Positions 19,872 to 29,013 of a stretch of 64,000 nt of DNA are shown in pieces. The stretch comes from an uncultured Thermococci archaeon (lineage in GTDB: Archaea; CAYQAE01; CAYVLA01). The number at the start of each line of letters is the position of its first letter. Within the stretch, counting starts at the first letter, position 1. The stretch covers positions 38,803 through 102,802 of the forward strand of contig CAZJVP010000072.1 in the NCBI GenBank assembly GCA_964549615.1, written 5' to 3'. The position numbers and the translations under genes are program-made. The notes under the pieces were generated by a model. It was not told the origin of the DNA. It did no database searches and saw only the letters and a program-made list of their open reading frames with translations.

Positions 19872-20267
19872 CTACTGCTCCGTCATGATGTACCGGGTCT
19901 GCTCGATTCCCCTGATACCCCTGATCCTTGAGGTCATGATCCTGATTTCATCACTCTTGCCCTTTGCCAGGAAAACGGTGATGTTGCGGCCTCCGCCGAT
20001 CTTGAACGATGCCTCTGCCTCGATGAGCCTGGAAAACTGCGACCTCACCCTGTCTATGCGACCCCTCTCGCTTTCACCCTCCCTGTAAAGGAACATGAAT
20101 GCGTTGAAGACGTCCTCCTTCACCTTGCCGTACATCCGCTGCTCCGATATGTGGCTCCTGATTGCGTCCCTAATCGCCTCGCTCCTTGAGGAGTACCCCA
20201 CGATGCCCATCATGAGGTCCAGCTCCTTCATCAAAGCATCGGGAATGTTGAGACTAACGATCGGCAT
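19872..20267 (-). CDS. NikR-like CopG ribbon-helix-helix regulator
   Basis: RHH N-terminus (IVSLNIP...ELD...GYSSRSEAIRDAIR) and NikR-like C-terminal ACT fold without the His/Cys ligands. Confidence 0.8.
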   Translation of the reverse strand: MPIVSLNIPDALMKELDLMMGIVGYSSRSEAIRDAIRSHISEQRMYGKVKEDVFNAFMFLYREGESERGRIDRVRSQFSRLIEAEASFKIGGGRNITVFLAKGKSDEIRIMTSRIRGIRGIEQTRYIMTEQ

Positions 20268-20670
20268 CTGCCTTCCCCGCTGCCGGTCCTCAGCGGATCA
20301 CCTTAAATCTTGTGCATATATGTTGAACGTCTCGTATGGCAAGAGGCGGGGGAACCACAAAAGGGGCCGCCGTGTGGGGCCCCTCCCATCGGACAATCGA
20401 TGAAAAGCCCGGATCCGGTGGAAGTGATAAGACCGCCATTTGTGTCCACATCCCTACTCTCGGATCGCGCGCTCGTGCCCAAGCCGTTTCCATACACTTT
20501 CGGCGGACGTCGGAATGAATGCAATGGAAGGACGGCGACTGGGCCGAGGATTCTCAACGGTCACCAGATGACCAGCAAGACTCCGCCAGCGAACCTCCTG
20601 CCATGGAGCCCGAGGCATGCTATGCCCAACAACAGTCTTTATCAACTCGGACGCCAACGTATGTGGGGGA

Positions 20671-20919
20671 ATGAACCTGCAGTGGATCAAGTGCCCAGGC
20701 TGCGGCAACGACCTCTTCAGGATAAGGCTCGACGGGTTGGCCCAGTGCTCCCGGTGTGGAAGGCCCCTTGAGATTCCGACAAGGGAGAGGCGCCCCCGGA
20801 TCCCCAGCCCTTACCCGGAGCAGCCGCCCGAGTACCCCGAGCCCTACCATCCTGACATCAAGGGTCCGACCTGGATCTCCGCCGAGGGCAGGACGCACGG
20901 GGACAGGAACGCCTCGTGA
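20671..20919 (+). CDS. Small zinc-ribbon protein with Pro-rich tail
   Basis: CPGC-x14-CSRC; gggga SD-like element; TATA-like ctttatca about 30 nt upstream. Confidence 0.6.
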   Translation: MNLQWIKCPGCGNDLFRIRLDGLAQCSRCGRPLEIPTRERRPRIPSPYPEQPPEYPEPYHPDIKGPTWISAEGRTHGDRNAS

Positions 20920-20961
20920 TTCCTCTCGACCATCCGGTAGCGCCCCCGAGATGATCGGTCT

Positions 20962-22032
20962 ATGGGCAGGGCCAGGAACGAACCATTTGCACCTTCGGCC
21001 AGAAGAGAGGCGAAGCTCTACTCGCGCCTACGCGGAGGGAGGGTGAGGTGCGACCTCTGTTGCAGAAGGTGCGTCATTGCCGATGGCGAGAAGGGCTACT
21101 GCAGGACGAGGCAGAACCTCGGAGGAACGCTCTACACGCTCGTCTACGGGGATCTGAGCGCCTTGGAAAGCCGGCCAATCGAGATCAAGCCCTTCTTCCA
21201 CTACTGGCCGGGATCCACGGCCCTGACCTTCTCCACGTGGTCCTGCAACTTCGACTGTCCGTGGTGCCAGAACCATCACCTGTCCAGGACGCCTCCGGGC
21301 GAATCCGATCCTTCACGTAGCCCGCAGGAGATATTGGCCATCGCGGAACGCAACGGCGACCAAGGGCTGTGCGCTTCATTCCAAGAGCCTACCCTCGGGA
21401 CCGAGTTCGCCCTCGACCTTTTCGCGCTGGCCCGCTGCAGGGGCCTGTATGCATGCTACGTCTCCAACGGTTACATGACCCAGCAGGCCTTGGCCCTCCT
21501 TGCGGAGTCAGGCCTTGACGGACTGAAGATCGACCTCAAGGGGCCGCCCGAGGTGTACAGGAAGTACTGCGGTGGCGTCGATGTCGACCACGTGCTGAGG
21601 AACGCCCGTGCCGCAAGAAGGCTCGGAATCCATGTTGAGATCGTGAATCTTGTGATCCCCGGGGTCAATGACGACCAGTCCTCCGTCGAATGGGTCGTGG
21701 ACCAACATCTGCGATGCTTGGGCCAGGATGCGCCGCTCCACTTCACGAGATACTACCCGGCCCACCACTATTCAATGCCCCCTACCCCGGTTAGGCGGCT
21801 AGAGGATGCGGTCAGGACCGCAACGGAGAAGGGCGTCAAGTTTGCCTACGTGGGCAACGTCCCGGGGCACCGGTTCGAAAACACACACTGCCCCGAATGT
21901 GGATCCCTCGCGATCGCAAGGCAGGGATACAGGGTCACCTCATTTCATCTGGATCCGGGTTTTCGCTGCCGAAAGTGCGGAACGGCCCTGCCAATCAAAG
22001 GTAGATACGTTGAGGGCCGATTTGCCCGCTAG
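20962..22032 (+). CDS. amrS: AmmeMemoRadiSam system radical SAM enzyme (PflA-like)
   Basis: N-terminal CDLCCRRC...GYC, PIEIKPFFH, CNFDCPWCQN, HFTRYYP, YVGNVPG, C-terminal CPECG/CRKCG. Confidence 0.85.
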   Translation: MGRARNEPFAPSARREAKLYSRLRGGRVRCDLCCRRCVIADGEKGYCRTRQNLGGTLYTLVYGDLSALESRPIEIKPFFHYWPGSTALTFSTWSCNFDCPWCQNHHLSRTPPGESDPSRSPQEILAIAERNGDQGLCASFQEPTLGTEFALDLFALARCRGLYACYVSNGYMTQQALALLAESGLDGLKIDLKGPPEVYRKYCGGVDVDHVLRNARAARRLGIHVEIVNLVIPGVNDDQSSVEWVVDQHLRCLGQDAPLHFTRYYPAHHYSMPPTPVRRLEDAVRTATEKGVKFAYVGNVPGHRFENTHCPECGSLAIARQGYRVTSFHLDPGFRCRKCGTALPIKGRYVEGRFAR

Positions 22033-22051
22033 GCCGTGCCCCAACGTTGGG

Positions 22052-24355
22052 CTAATGTCCCATCTCCCTTCTCGCTGCGGCGACCTGACCCAGGCTTATG
22101 CAACCATCGCCGGGGGGCAGGAAAACGTGCCTGAGGAGCTTTCGGTCCAGGTTCTTCTCCATGACCGAGACGATATGCTCGTTGTACATGACGCCCCCCG
22201 AGCATGCCACGGCGTCCGGACCGAGGTCCTGGATGCAGAGGTTTGCCATCTCCGCGATGCCCCTCGCTATGGCGGCCTGGGACCCGGCCGCAATATCTTC
22301 CTTGGAGCGCCGTTTCTCCAAGGCCTCCACAACGCCCATCAAGAGCTTCGTTGTGTCCAGGATGTATCTACCCTCCTTCCTATAGACCTCGACCGGTAGA
22401 TCCACAACATCTGGGTCGCCTCGGGAGGCGAAACCCTCCAGCCTCATCGCGCCCTCTCCCTCATACGTGCGTTCGTAGCTTATGCCAAGAAGGATCGAGA
22501 TGGCGTCGAGCACCCTCCCCGTGCTCGTCGTCCAAGATACGTTGAAACCCGTATCAAGCTGGCGGATGATGAGGTCAAGCTCTTTTTCACCCTTCCTGAG
22601 GCCGTCGTAGCAGAACCTGCGCACGATCCTCCTGAGCCTTTCCTCCTCGTAAACGGGTGCAAGAATCCCTATCACCATGCGGACGGGGTAGATCGCCGCA
22701 AGGTCGCCGCCTATCAGGGGTTGCGGCTGGAGGGAACCCATTCGGACATTTCTCTCGCCAACGGCCAGGATCTCGCCGCCCCAGGCCTCCTTCTCGTTGC
22801 CGTACCCAACTCCGTCGCAGATGATGCCGATCACGGTTTGGCCTGGATCGATCCCGTTCTCGGCGATGACGCTGTGAAGATGTGCGTAGTGGTGTTGCAC
22901 CGCGAAGCTCGGACAGCCCCATTTCTCGGCAAGGGAATGTGCAAGCCTGGTTGAGAGGAACGACGGATGCAGATCATGCGCCACAGCGTCTAGGCTCAGC
23001 GTGTTGGTGTCCTTCATCAGGCACGCGATGGCTTCTTTCAGGTAATTGAATGTGTCGAAGTTAGAGGTGTTGCCGATATGCTGGGTCAGGAATGCCAACC
23101 CGTCCTTTGCTATGCATGCGGTCGAGGAGAGCTCAGGCCCCACGCCCAGCACGGCCTCCTTGCCCTCCCATTCCAGCTTCAGAGGGTAGGGAGCATACCC
23201 GCGGGACCGCCTGATCATGACCGGACGTTTCCCATGGAACCTGACCACGCTGTCGTCACACCTGTTGACTATCTCCCTGTCGTGCCAAAGGAGGTAGTCT
23301 ATATGCTTGAGCCTCTCCTTCAGCTTCTCCGCCTCAAGCGCCATAGGCTCGTCGTGAACGTTGGCCGATGTCATCACCAGCGCCGGCTGCTCCGTCTCGC
23401 TCAACAGCAGGTGGTGCAAAGGACTGTAGGGCAGCATGACCCCGATGTTGCCTAGGTCGGGCGAGAGCAGATCGGAGAGAGGAAAGGGGTCCAACTTTTT
23501 CAGGACTACGATCGGCCGCTTCCAGTCCGTGAGCGCCTTCTCCTCCTCGGCCCCGACGCATGCAAATCGCCTGACCTGCTCGACGGATCTTGCCATCAGC
23601 GCGAAGGGTTGGTAGGGCCTCTTGAGGATCGCCCTCAGCCTTCGGATCGCCTTGTCGTCGGTCACGCTGCATGCGAGGTGGGTGCCCCCCACCCCCTTGA
23701 CGGCAACCACCATGCCATCGTCCAACAGGTGCGCCGCCCTCGCTATCGGATCTTTGCACCTCACCTTCCTACCGTTGGAGTCGGCCAGCCAGACCTTGGG
23801 ACCACAGATGGGACAGGCGATGGTCTGAGCATGGTATCTCCTGTCCCCGGGGTTGGTGTACTCGCTGCGACACTGGGGGCACATCTTGAAGGGTTTCATC
23901 GAAGTGTTCTCCCTGTCAAAGGGGGGCCCCCGAGATATGGTGAACCTGGGTCCGCAGTCCGTGCAAGTTATGAACGGGTACCGATACCGCCTGTCCCTAG
24001 GATCCCACATCTCGGCCAGACACCCTTCGCACGTCGCCACGTCCTGGGGTATGAAGGAGTTGGACGATGGCTCGGCGTCGCTCACGCTCTCCTGTATCTT
24101 GAAGCCCTCTTGCGGGGGCAGGCTGACCTCCTCGGTACTCAGCGAGAGAATCTCGGCAAGGGGCGGAAGAGATCCGCGAAGATCGCTGAGGAAGCGCTCC
24201 ACCGCGCCCTTGCCTCCGTCCAGGAGGATCTCGACGCTCCCGTTTCCCACATTTCGGACGTACCCGGAGAGCCCAAGCCGCTTTGCAAGGCGGTAGACCG
24301 AGGGTCGGAAGCCCACCCCCTGGACCCTGCCCTGGACCAAGATCCTCAGCTGCAT
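22052..24355 (-). CDS. hypF: Hydrogenase maturation carbamoyltransferase HypF
   Basis: VQGVGFRP acylphosphatase domain, two zinc fingers (CTDCGPR, CPICGP), KGVGG, HDLHP, QHHYAH, DGVGYG, GDG. Confidence 0.95.
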   Translation of the reverse strand: MQLRILVQGRVQGVGFRPSVYRLAKRLGLSGYVRNVGNGSVEILLDGGKGAVERFLSDLRGSLPPLAEILSLSTEEVSLPPQEGFKIQESVSDAEPSSNSFIPQDVATCEGCLAEMWDPRDRRYRYPFITCTDCGPRFTISRGPPFDRENTSMKPFKMCPQCRSEYTNPGDRRYHAQTIACPICGPKVWLADSNGRKVRCKDPIARAAHLLDDGMVVAVKGVGGTHLACSVTDDKAIRRLRAILKRPYQPFALMARSVEQVRRFACVGAEEEKALTDWKRPIVVLKKLDPFPLSDLLSPDLGNIGVMLPYSPLHHLLLSETEQPALVMTSANVHDEPMALEAEKLKERLKHIDYLLWHDREIVNRCDDSVVRFHGKRPVMIRRSRGYAPYPLKLEWEGKEAVLGVGPELSSTACIAKDGLAFLTQHIGNTSNFDTFNYLKEAIACLMKDTNTLSLDAVAHDLHPSFLSTRLAHSLAEKWGCPSFAVQHHYAHLHSVIAENGIDPGQTVIGIICDGVGYGNEKEAWGGEILAVGERNVRMGSLQPQPLIGGDLAAIYPVRMVIGILAPVYEEERLRRIVRRFCYDGLRKGEKELDLIIRQLDTGFNVSWTTSTGRVLDAISILLGISYERTYEGEGAMRLEGFASRGDPDVVDLPVEVYRKEGRYILDTTKLLMGVVEALEKRRSKEDIAAGSQAAIARGIAEMANLCIQDLGPDAVACSGGVMYNEHIVSVMEKNLDRKLLRHVFLPPGDGCISLGQVAAARREMGH

Positions 24356-24443
24356 TCGCCGGGATGGGCGTCAGCAAGATCAAAAATCTATCTAGGAGCT
24401 ATCCGACGCGACGCTTCCAGACCCTAGGAGAAGTCCGATGGCT

Positions 24444-24460
24444 AAACAAAGATTTAATTT
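24444..24460 (+). promoter_or_regulatory. Putative BRE/TATA promoter of hypCDE
   Basis: aaacaaagaTTTAAttt, about 35 nt before the hypC TTG. Confidence 0.5.
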
Positions 24461-24492
24461 GTGCGTCTCGGAGGAGGTCCAGGTCCTTGCAG

Positions 24493-24714
24493 TTGTGTCT
24501 GGCGATACCCGGGAGGCTGGAGGAGATTCGCGGCAAGAGCGGCATCGTTGACTTCGGGGGAGTCCGCCGCACGGTCGATCTCTCCCTCCTTGAGAAGTGC
24601 AAGGTCGGGGACTACGTCATCGTGCACGCCGGCTTTGCGATCCAGATCCTGAGCGAGGAGGAAGCCAAATCGACGCTGGACCTCTTGAGGCAGCTTGAGG
24701 CGGCTACGGACTGA
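24493..24714 (+). CDS. hypC: Hydrogenase assembly chaperone HypC
   Basis: TTG start giving MCLAIPG; VGDYVIVHAGFAI. Confidence 0.93.
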   Translation: MCLAIPGRLEEIRGKSGIVDFGGVRRTVDLSLLEKCKVGDYVIVHAGFAIQILSEEEAKSTLDLLRQLEAATD

Positions 24715-25804
24715 GGAGAGGATTTCCCTGGACCTGTCGCCTTTCCAGAGCAGAGAACTCGTTGAACGAGCAGCGGCGCTGCTGCGCAGGATCGCACCGA
24801 AAGAGGAACTGAGGTTCATGCACGTGTGCGGAACCCACGAAAACGTCGTGACCCGGTACGGCATCAGATCGCTCCTGCCCCCGCAGATCAGGGTCGTTGC
24901 CGGCCCAGGCTGTCCGGTGTGCGTCACTTGCCCCGCCGAGATCGACTCGGCAATCCAGATAGCCCGAAAGCACGCGACCCTATTCACCTACGGCGACATG
25001 TTCGGCGTTCCCGGAAGCAGCATATCGCTGCGCGACGCGAGAGGGGAAGGGGCCAGGGTGAAGGTGGTCTACAGCATGGCCGACGCCATCGGCATGGCCA
25101 ACCCGGTGGCCGGGCCCTCCGTATTCTTCTCCATAGGCTTTGAGACCACGGCCCCCATAACCGCCTCTGTGATACGCTCGGGGGTGCCCAAGGATTTCGC
25201 CTTCATCGTGTCCCATCGACTCATACCCCCCGCCCTCGTCGCGCTGCTGGATTCAGGGAAGGTGGAGATGGACGGCGTGATCTGTCCCGGCCACGTGTCA
25301 ACCATAATCGGGACACACCCCTACGACGTTCTGGCCAAGGAGTTCGGCGTGCCCGTTGTGATCTCCGGCTTCGAGCCGCTGGACATAGTCCTCAGCCTGG
25401 TTGAGCTTGTCAAGCAGCACAAGCGAGGCGCGCGGGTTTTCAACGAGTACTCGCGATCGGTGAAACCCGAGGGCAACCCGCGGGCCAGGCGTCTCATCGA
25501 TGAGGTCTTCGAGACCTGCGATATGGACTGGCGCGGAATAGGAACTCTTCCATCATCCGGACTCCGCTTGAGGGAGGAGTTCTCCGACCTAGACGCCCTC
25601 AAGAAGTATCGCATACGGGTGCGCAGGGACGACAGGATGCCCACGGGGTGCAAGTGCTCGGACGTCCTCCTTGGATCGCTGTCGCCGACACAATGCCCCC
25701 TTTTCGGCTCGCGATGCACCCCGGACTCCCCGGTCGGGCCTTGCATGGTGTCCAGCGAGGGGACCTGCCGCACATGGTTCTTGCATGGGGGTCAGGATTC
25801 TTGA
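24695..25804 (+). CDS. hypD: Hydrogenase formation protein HypD
   Basis: MHVCGTH, GPGCPVC, GFETT, PGHVST, GPCMVSSEG. Real start may be CTG at 24728 after gaggag. Confidence 0.95.
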   Translation: MRRLRTEERISLDLSPFQSRELVERAAALLRRIAPKEELRFMHVCGTHENVVTRYGIRSLLPPQIRVVAGPGCPVCVTCPAEIDSAIQIARKHATLFTYGDMFGVPGSSISLRDARGEGARVKVVYSMADAIGMANPVAGPSVFFSIGFETTAPITASVIRSGVPKDFAFIVSHRLIPPALVALLDSGKVEMDGVICPGHVSTIIGTHPYDVLAKEFGVPVVISGFEPLDIVLSLVELVKQHKRGARVFNEYSRSVKPEGNPRARRLIDEVFETCDMDWRGIGTLPSSGLRLREEFSDLDALKKYRIRVRRDDRMPTGCKCSDVLLGSLSPTQCPLFGSRCTPDSPVGPCMVSSEGTCRTWFLHGGQDS

Positions 25805-26838
25805 AGACGAGACAGCCAAAAAGGGACACGGTGACCATAGAACAGGGGTCCGGCGGATCGGCGATGATGAAGCTGATATCCGACGTCGTGCTCAAGAACG
25901 TCACCAGATGGGGAAGGGGCGGCGTGACGCTCAGGGACCTTGACGACTCCGGATCGATCGTCTCCGGGGACCTCGAGATAGTGCTGACCACAGACGCGCA
26001 CACCGTGAAGCCACCCTTCTTTCCTGGAGGCAACATAGGCACGCTCGCTGCCGCGGGCACGATAAACGATATTGCGGTCATGGGGGTCAGGCCTCTTGCA
26101 ATCAGCTCCTCCCTGGTGATCGAGGAAGGTTTCAAGCGAGCTGACCTCTCGGCGATCATCTCCTCCATGAACGAGGTCCTAGAAGAGGTGGGAGCCGACC
26201 TCATAACCGGCGACACCAAGGTTGTGGAGAAGGGCGATCTGGACGGAATCATAATCACCACCTCGGGGATCGGCGTGACCCCTAGGGGGAAGATCGTCCG
26301 CGACAGCGGCCTGCGTCCCGGGGACAAGATCATCCTATCGGGATCGGTGGGCGATCATGGCATGGCCGTCCTCTCGGTCAGGGAGGGACTTGACTTCGAG
26401 CTGAAGACCAAGTCGGACGTCGGACCGGTGTGGGAGGTCGTCAGCGCAGCGATGTCGGTTGGCCGCGTCACGGCAATGAAGGACCCCACAAGGGGCGGCC
26501 TTGCCAACACGCTGAACGAGCTCGCAACGAAGTCTGGGGTGGGGATCGAGATCGTCGAGGAGCAGATACCGGTCAAGCCGGACGTGGCATCCGCCGCGGA
26601 GATGCTAGGCGTCGACCCGTACGCCGTCACCAACGAGGGCAAGGTAGTCATGGGGGTGAGAAGCCGGGATGCGGAGGACGTGCTGTCAAGCGTGAGAGCG
26701 ACGCGGCGTGGACGGGAGGCGGTGGTGATCGGGACGGTCGTTAAAGAGCATCCAGGCGAGGTGGTGCTGCACACCCGGGTGGGGGGAAGGAGACTGATGG
26801 AGCCCCCCATAGGGGATCCGGCACCCAGAATCTGCTAG
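25801..26838 (+). CDS. hypE: Hydrogenase maturation protein HypE
   Basis: GSGG, TTDAH, FPGGNIG, GDTKVV, DPTRGG, C-terminal PRIC. Confidence 0.95.
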   Translation: MKTRQPKRDTVTIEQGSGGSAMMKLISDVVLKNVTRWGRGGVTLRDLDDSGSIVSGDLEIVLTTDAHTVKPPFFPGGNIGTLAAAGTINDIAVMGVRPLAISSSLVIEEGFKRADLSAIISSMNEVLEEVGADLITGDTKVVEKGDLDGIIITTSGIGVTPRGKIVRDSGLRPGDKIILSGSVGDHGMAVLSVREGLDFELKTKSDVGPVWEVVSAAMSVGRVTAMKDPTRGGLANTLNELATKSGVGIEIVEEQIPVKPDVASAAEMLGVDPYAVTNEGKVVMGVRSRDAEDVLSSVRATRRGREAVVIGTVVKEHPGEVVLHTRVGGRRLMEPPIGDPAPRIC

Positions 26839-26904
26839 GCCTGCTTGGCCGGAGGAGGCAGGAAGGGAAACCTTATGAACTTCGCGGCATCTCGTACCAG
26901 TTCC

Positions 26905-29013
26905 ATGGGCCGAGGGAGAGTGAGGCCTCTCGGTGTGATCGCCATCTGGCTGCTAGCTTGGACCATGCCGGTCGCCTGCAAGGGTAGCCCCCTTCTCGGC
27001 CGCGAGGACGTCATCACGCTGGTCTCACGGTTGACCCTCGAAACACAGCAACTCTACGACAGCATCCTAGCCGAAACGCCGTATCACCCATCCCTCATGG
27101 CCTGGGGGATGCACTACCTAGCCCGGGCTTGCCTCGCCATGTATGCGGTCACAAACGAGAGGGCTTGGTTGGACAGAGCGATCAACATCACGGACTACTT
27201 CGTCGAGTACTCGGATGTGAACGGGGATGACGAGCCCTCATGGGGAGCCTACAACGAGACCTTTGGCGGCTCGCACTACGGGTTCGCAGAATGGACGGTC
27301 TGGGACGGGGTGATCAGCCTTGCCATAATAGAGGTGGCCAAGACGATCAGGTCGGATCCTGTCCTGTCGTCCGACCAGGACCTAGCCTCAAAGGCAGATG
27401 CGTATGTCCAGTTGACGGAGAAGGTCGTCACACGCCACTGGGCATCATGGACCGAGGTGGGACCCGGGCAGGGGTACTACTGGGATGAGCCTACCAAAGA
27501 CCTCGGCCCATACGTCAACGGATTCGCGGCCCTAGGCGAGGTCGAATTGATCCTTGCCCAGCTCACGGGGAACCGGTCGTTCCTCGAGCGCCCAGCCCAG
27601 ATGGCCAGCTACCTCATAGGCAGCATGAGGTACGACCCTGTGGATGATCTCTACGTCTGGGACTACAAGATCGGGAGCGCGCCAGCAGAGGACATCAGCC
27701 ATGGAGCGATTGACCTTGAGTTCCTGCTAGTCGCAAACCAAATGGGGCTAGTGGACGACGTCCACATCCGCCGCATCTGCAACACCTACGCAAAGAGGAT
27801 CTGGCAGGTGCCGAACATCCTGAACAAGACGCACCCACTGGCAATGAGAGTCGACGGGTCGGGCGAGGAGGACTACACGATCTTCTCTCGCGCCTGGATA
27901 CGCCTATCGACCTATGATCCCTACATATACGAACGGCAAAGGACTGCTCTGGGCATAGAGCACGAAAGGTTTGGCCTCCATCCCGCGGGATACGTAGTGC
28001 TTGCCGCCGCCGAGGTAGCGTTGCTGTCCAAGAGGCTCGGGTCGATGGGTATTGACACTAGCCAGCTGAGGGTCCTCAGCCTGAGCCAGATCGAAGCACT
28101 CCTTCGACAGGCCCAGTCAAGGCTCGAGGAATACGAATCACTCGGCACCCAGATGGAGCGGGCAAGATCGATGTTGAAAGAAGCATCCAGCTATCTGAAC
28201 GAGGCGTCTTTGGCGAATTGCTCCGTACCCATCGCAATGATCTGGGAAGTCTATGATATCCTCGTTGGCGCAAAGAAGACGGCTGAGAAGCTCCAAGCAC
28301 TTGAGGCGCGCATCGCCGAAGCTGAGGCGGCGGGGATGAACGTCTCTGCGCTCTGGACGCGGTTTGCAAAGCTCAAACCCGAGCTTGCTCTGGCTGACAC
28401 GATGGCCGGCCTCAATGCCGTGAACGCGCGGATCGATGTGCTCGGCCGTGGGCTGGATGATCTCAAGAGGTTGCAGGGAATAGAGGCTCTAGCCCGGAGG
28501 GCACTGGAGGCCGGCGGAGAACTGTCCGCGATCTGGCCAAGGCTTTCGACGCTGAGGGAGAGAGTCTTTCTCGCTGAGACGAAGACCGCACTGGACGATC
28601 TGCGTAAAGAGATCGACGCCCTCTCCGCCGATGTCGAGAAGGTATCCGCTGAAGCACTCATCCGACTCGCAGACGAAGTCGTCAGGAGAGCCAAGGATGC
28701 GGGCATCGACACGAGCAGGCATGAGATCTTCCTGCAAAGGGCGAAGGAGGAGTTCTCCAAGGGACGGTATGGGCCAGCCATCCAGTTCACCAACTACCCG
28801 CTGGGCTTGATGGAGCAACTCTCCGAAGGACGGGAAGCCATGGCCTTGGCCCTGATCTTCCTGCTCGGCCTCGCACTTCGCAAACGCGAGGAAGAGATAT
28901 CTGGGGGGCTCCCCGCGCGAGCGGTTGATATCGCCCGGGCAACGCCGACAAAATGCATCAGTCCGCGGAGGCAGGGACGGGAAGGGAAGATGCCATGGTC
29001 AACATCGTGCTGA
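26905..29013 (+). CDS. Secreted (alpha/alpha)-barrel glycoside hydrolase/epimerase-like protein with coiled-coil stalk and C-terminal TM anchor
   Basis: Signal peptide; aromatic-rich helical domain (WLDRA, EDISHG); repeated helical stalk; ALALIFLLGLALRKR. Start uncertain (26845/26875/26905). Confidence 0.6.
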   Translation: MGRGRVRPLGVIAIWLLAWTMPVACKGSPLLGREDVITLVSRLTLETQQLYDSILAETPYHPSLMAWGMHYLARACLAMYAVTNERAWLDRAINITDYFVEYSDVNGDDEPSWGAYNETFGGSHYGFAEWTVWDGVISLAIIEVAKTIRSDPVLSSDQDLASKADAYVQLTEKVVTRHWASWTEVGPGQGYYWDEPTKDLGPYVNGFAALGEVELILAQLTGNRSFLERPAQMASYLIGSMRYDPVDDLYVWDYKIGSAPAEDISHGAIDLEFLLVANQMGLVDDVHIRRICNTYAKRIWQVPNILNKTHPLAMRVDGSGEEDYTIFSRAWIRLSTYDPYIYERQRTALGIEHERFGLHPAGYVVLAAAEVALLSKRLGSMGIDTSQLRVLSLSQIEALLRQAQSRLEEYESLGTQMERARSMLKEASSYLNEASLANCSVPIAMIWEVYDILVGAKKTAEKLQALEARIAEAEAAGMNVSALWTRFAKLKPELALADTMAGLNAVNARIDVLGRGLDDLKRLQGIEALARRALEAGGELSAIWPRLSTLRERVFLAETKTALDDLRKEIDALSADVEKVSAEALIRLADEVVRRAKDAGIDTSRHEIFLQRAKEEFSKGRYGPAIQFTNYPLGLMEQLSEGREAMALALIFLLGLALRKREEEISGGLPARAVDIARATPTKCISPRRQGREGKMPWSTSC

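Noticed and set aside
22052-26838. hypFCDE without hypAB or hydrogenase subunits as an unusual system
   Set aside because: Scattered hyp genes are common in archaea, and the rest may lie outside the window.
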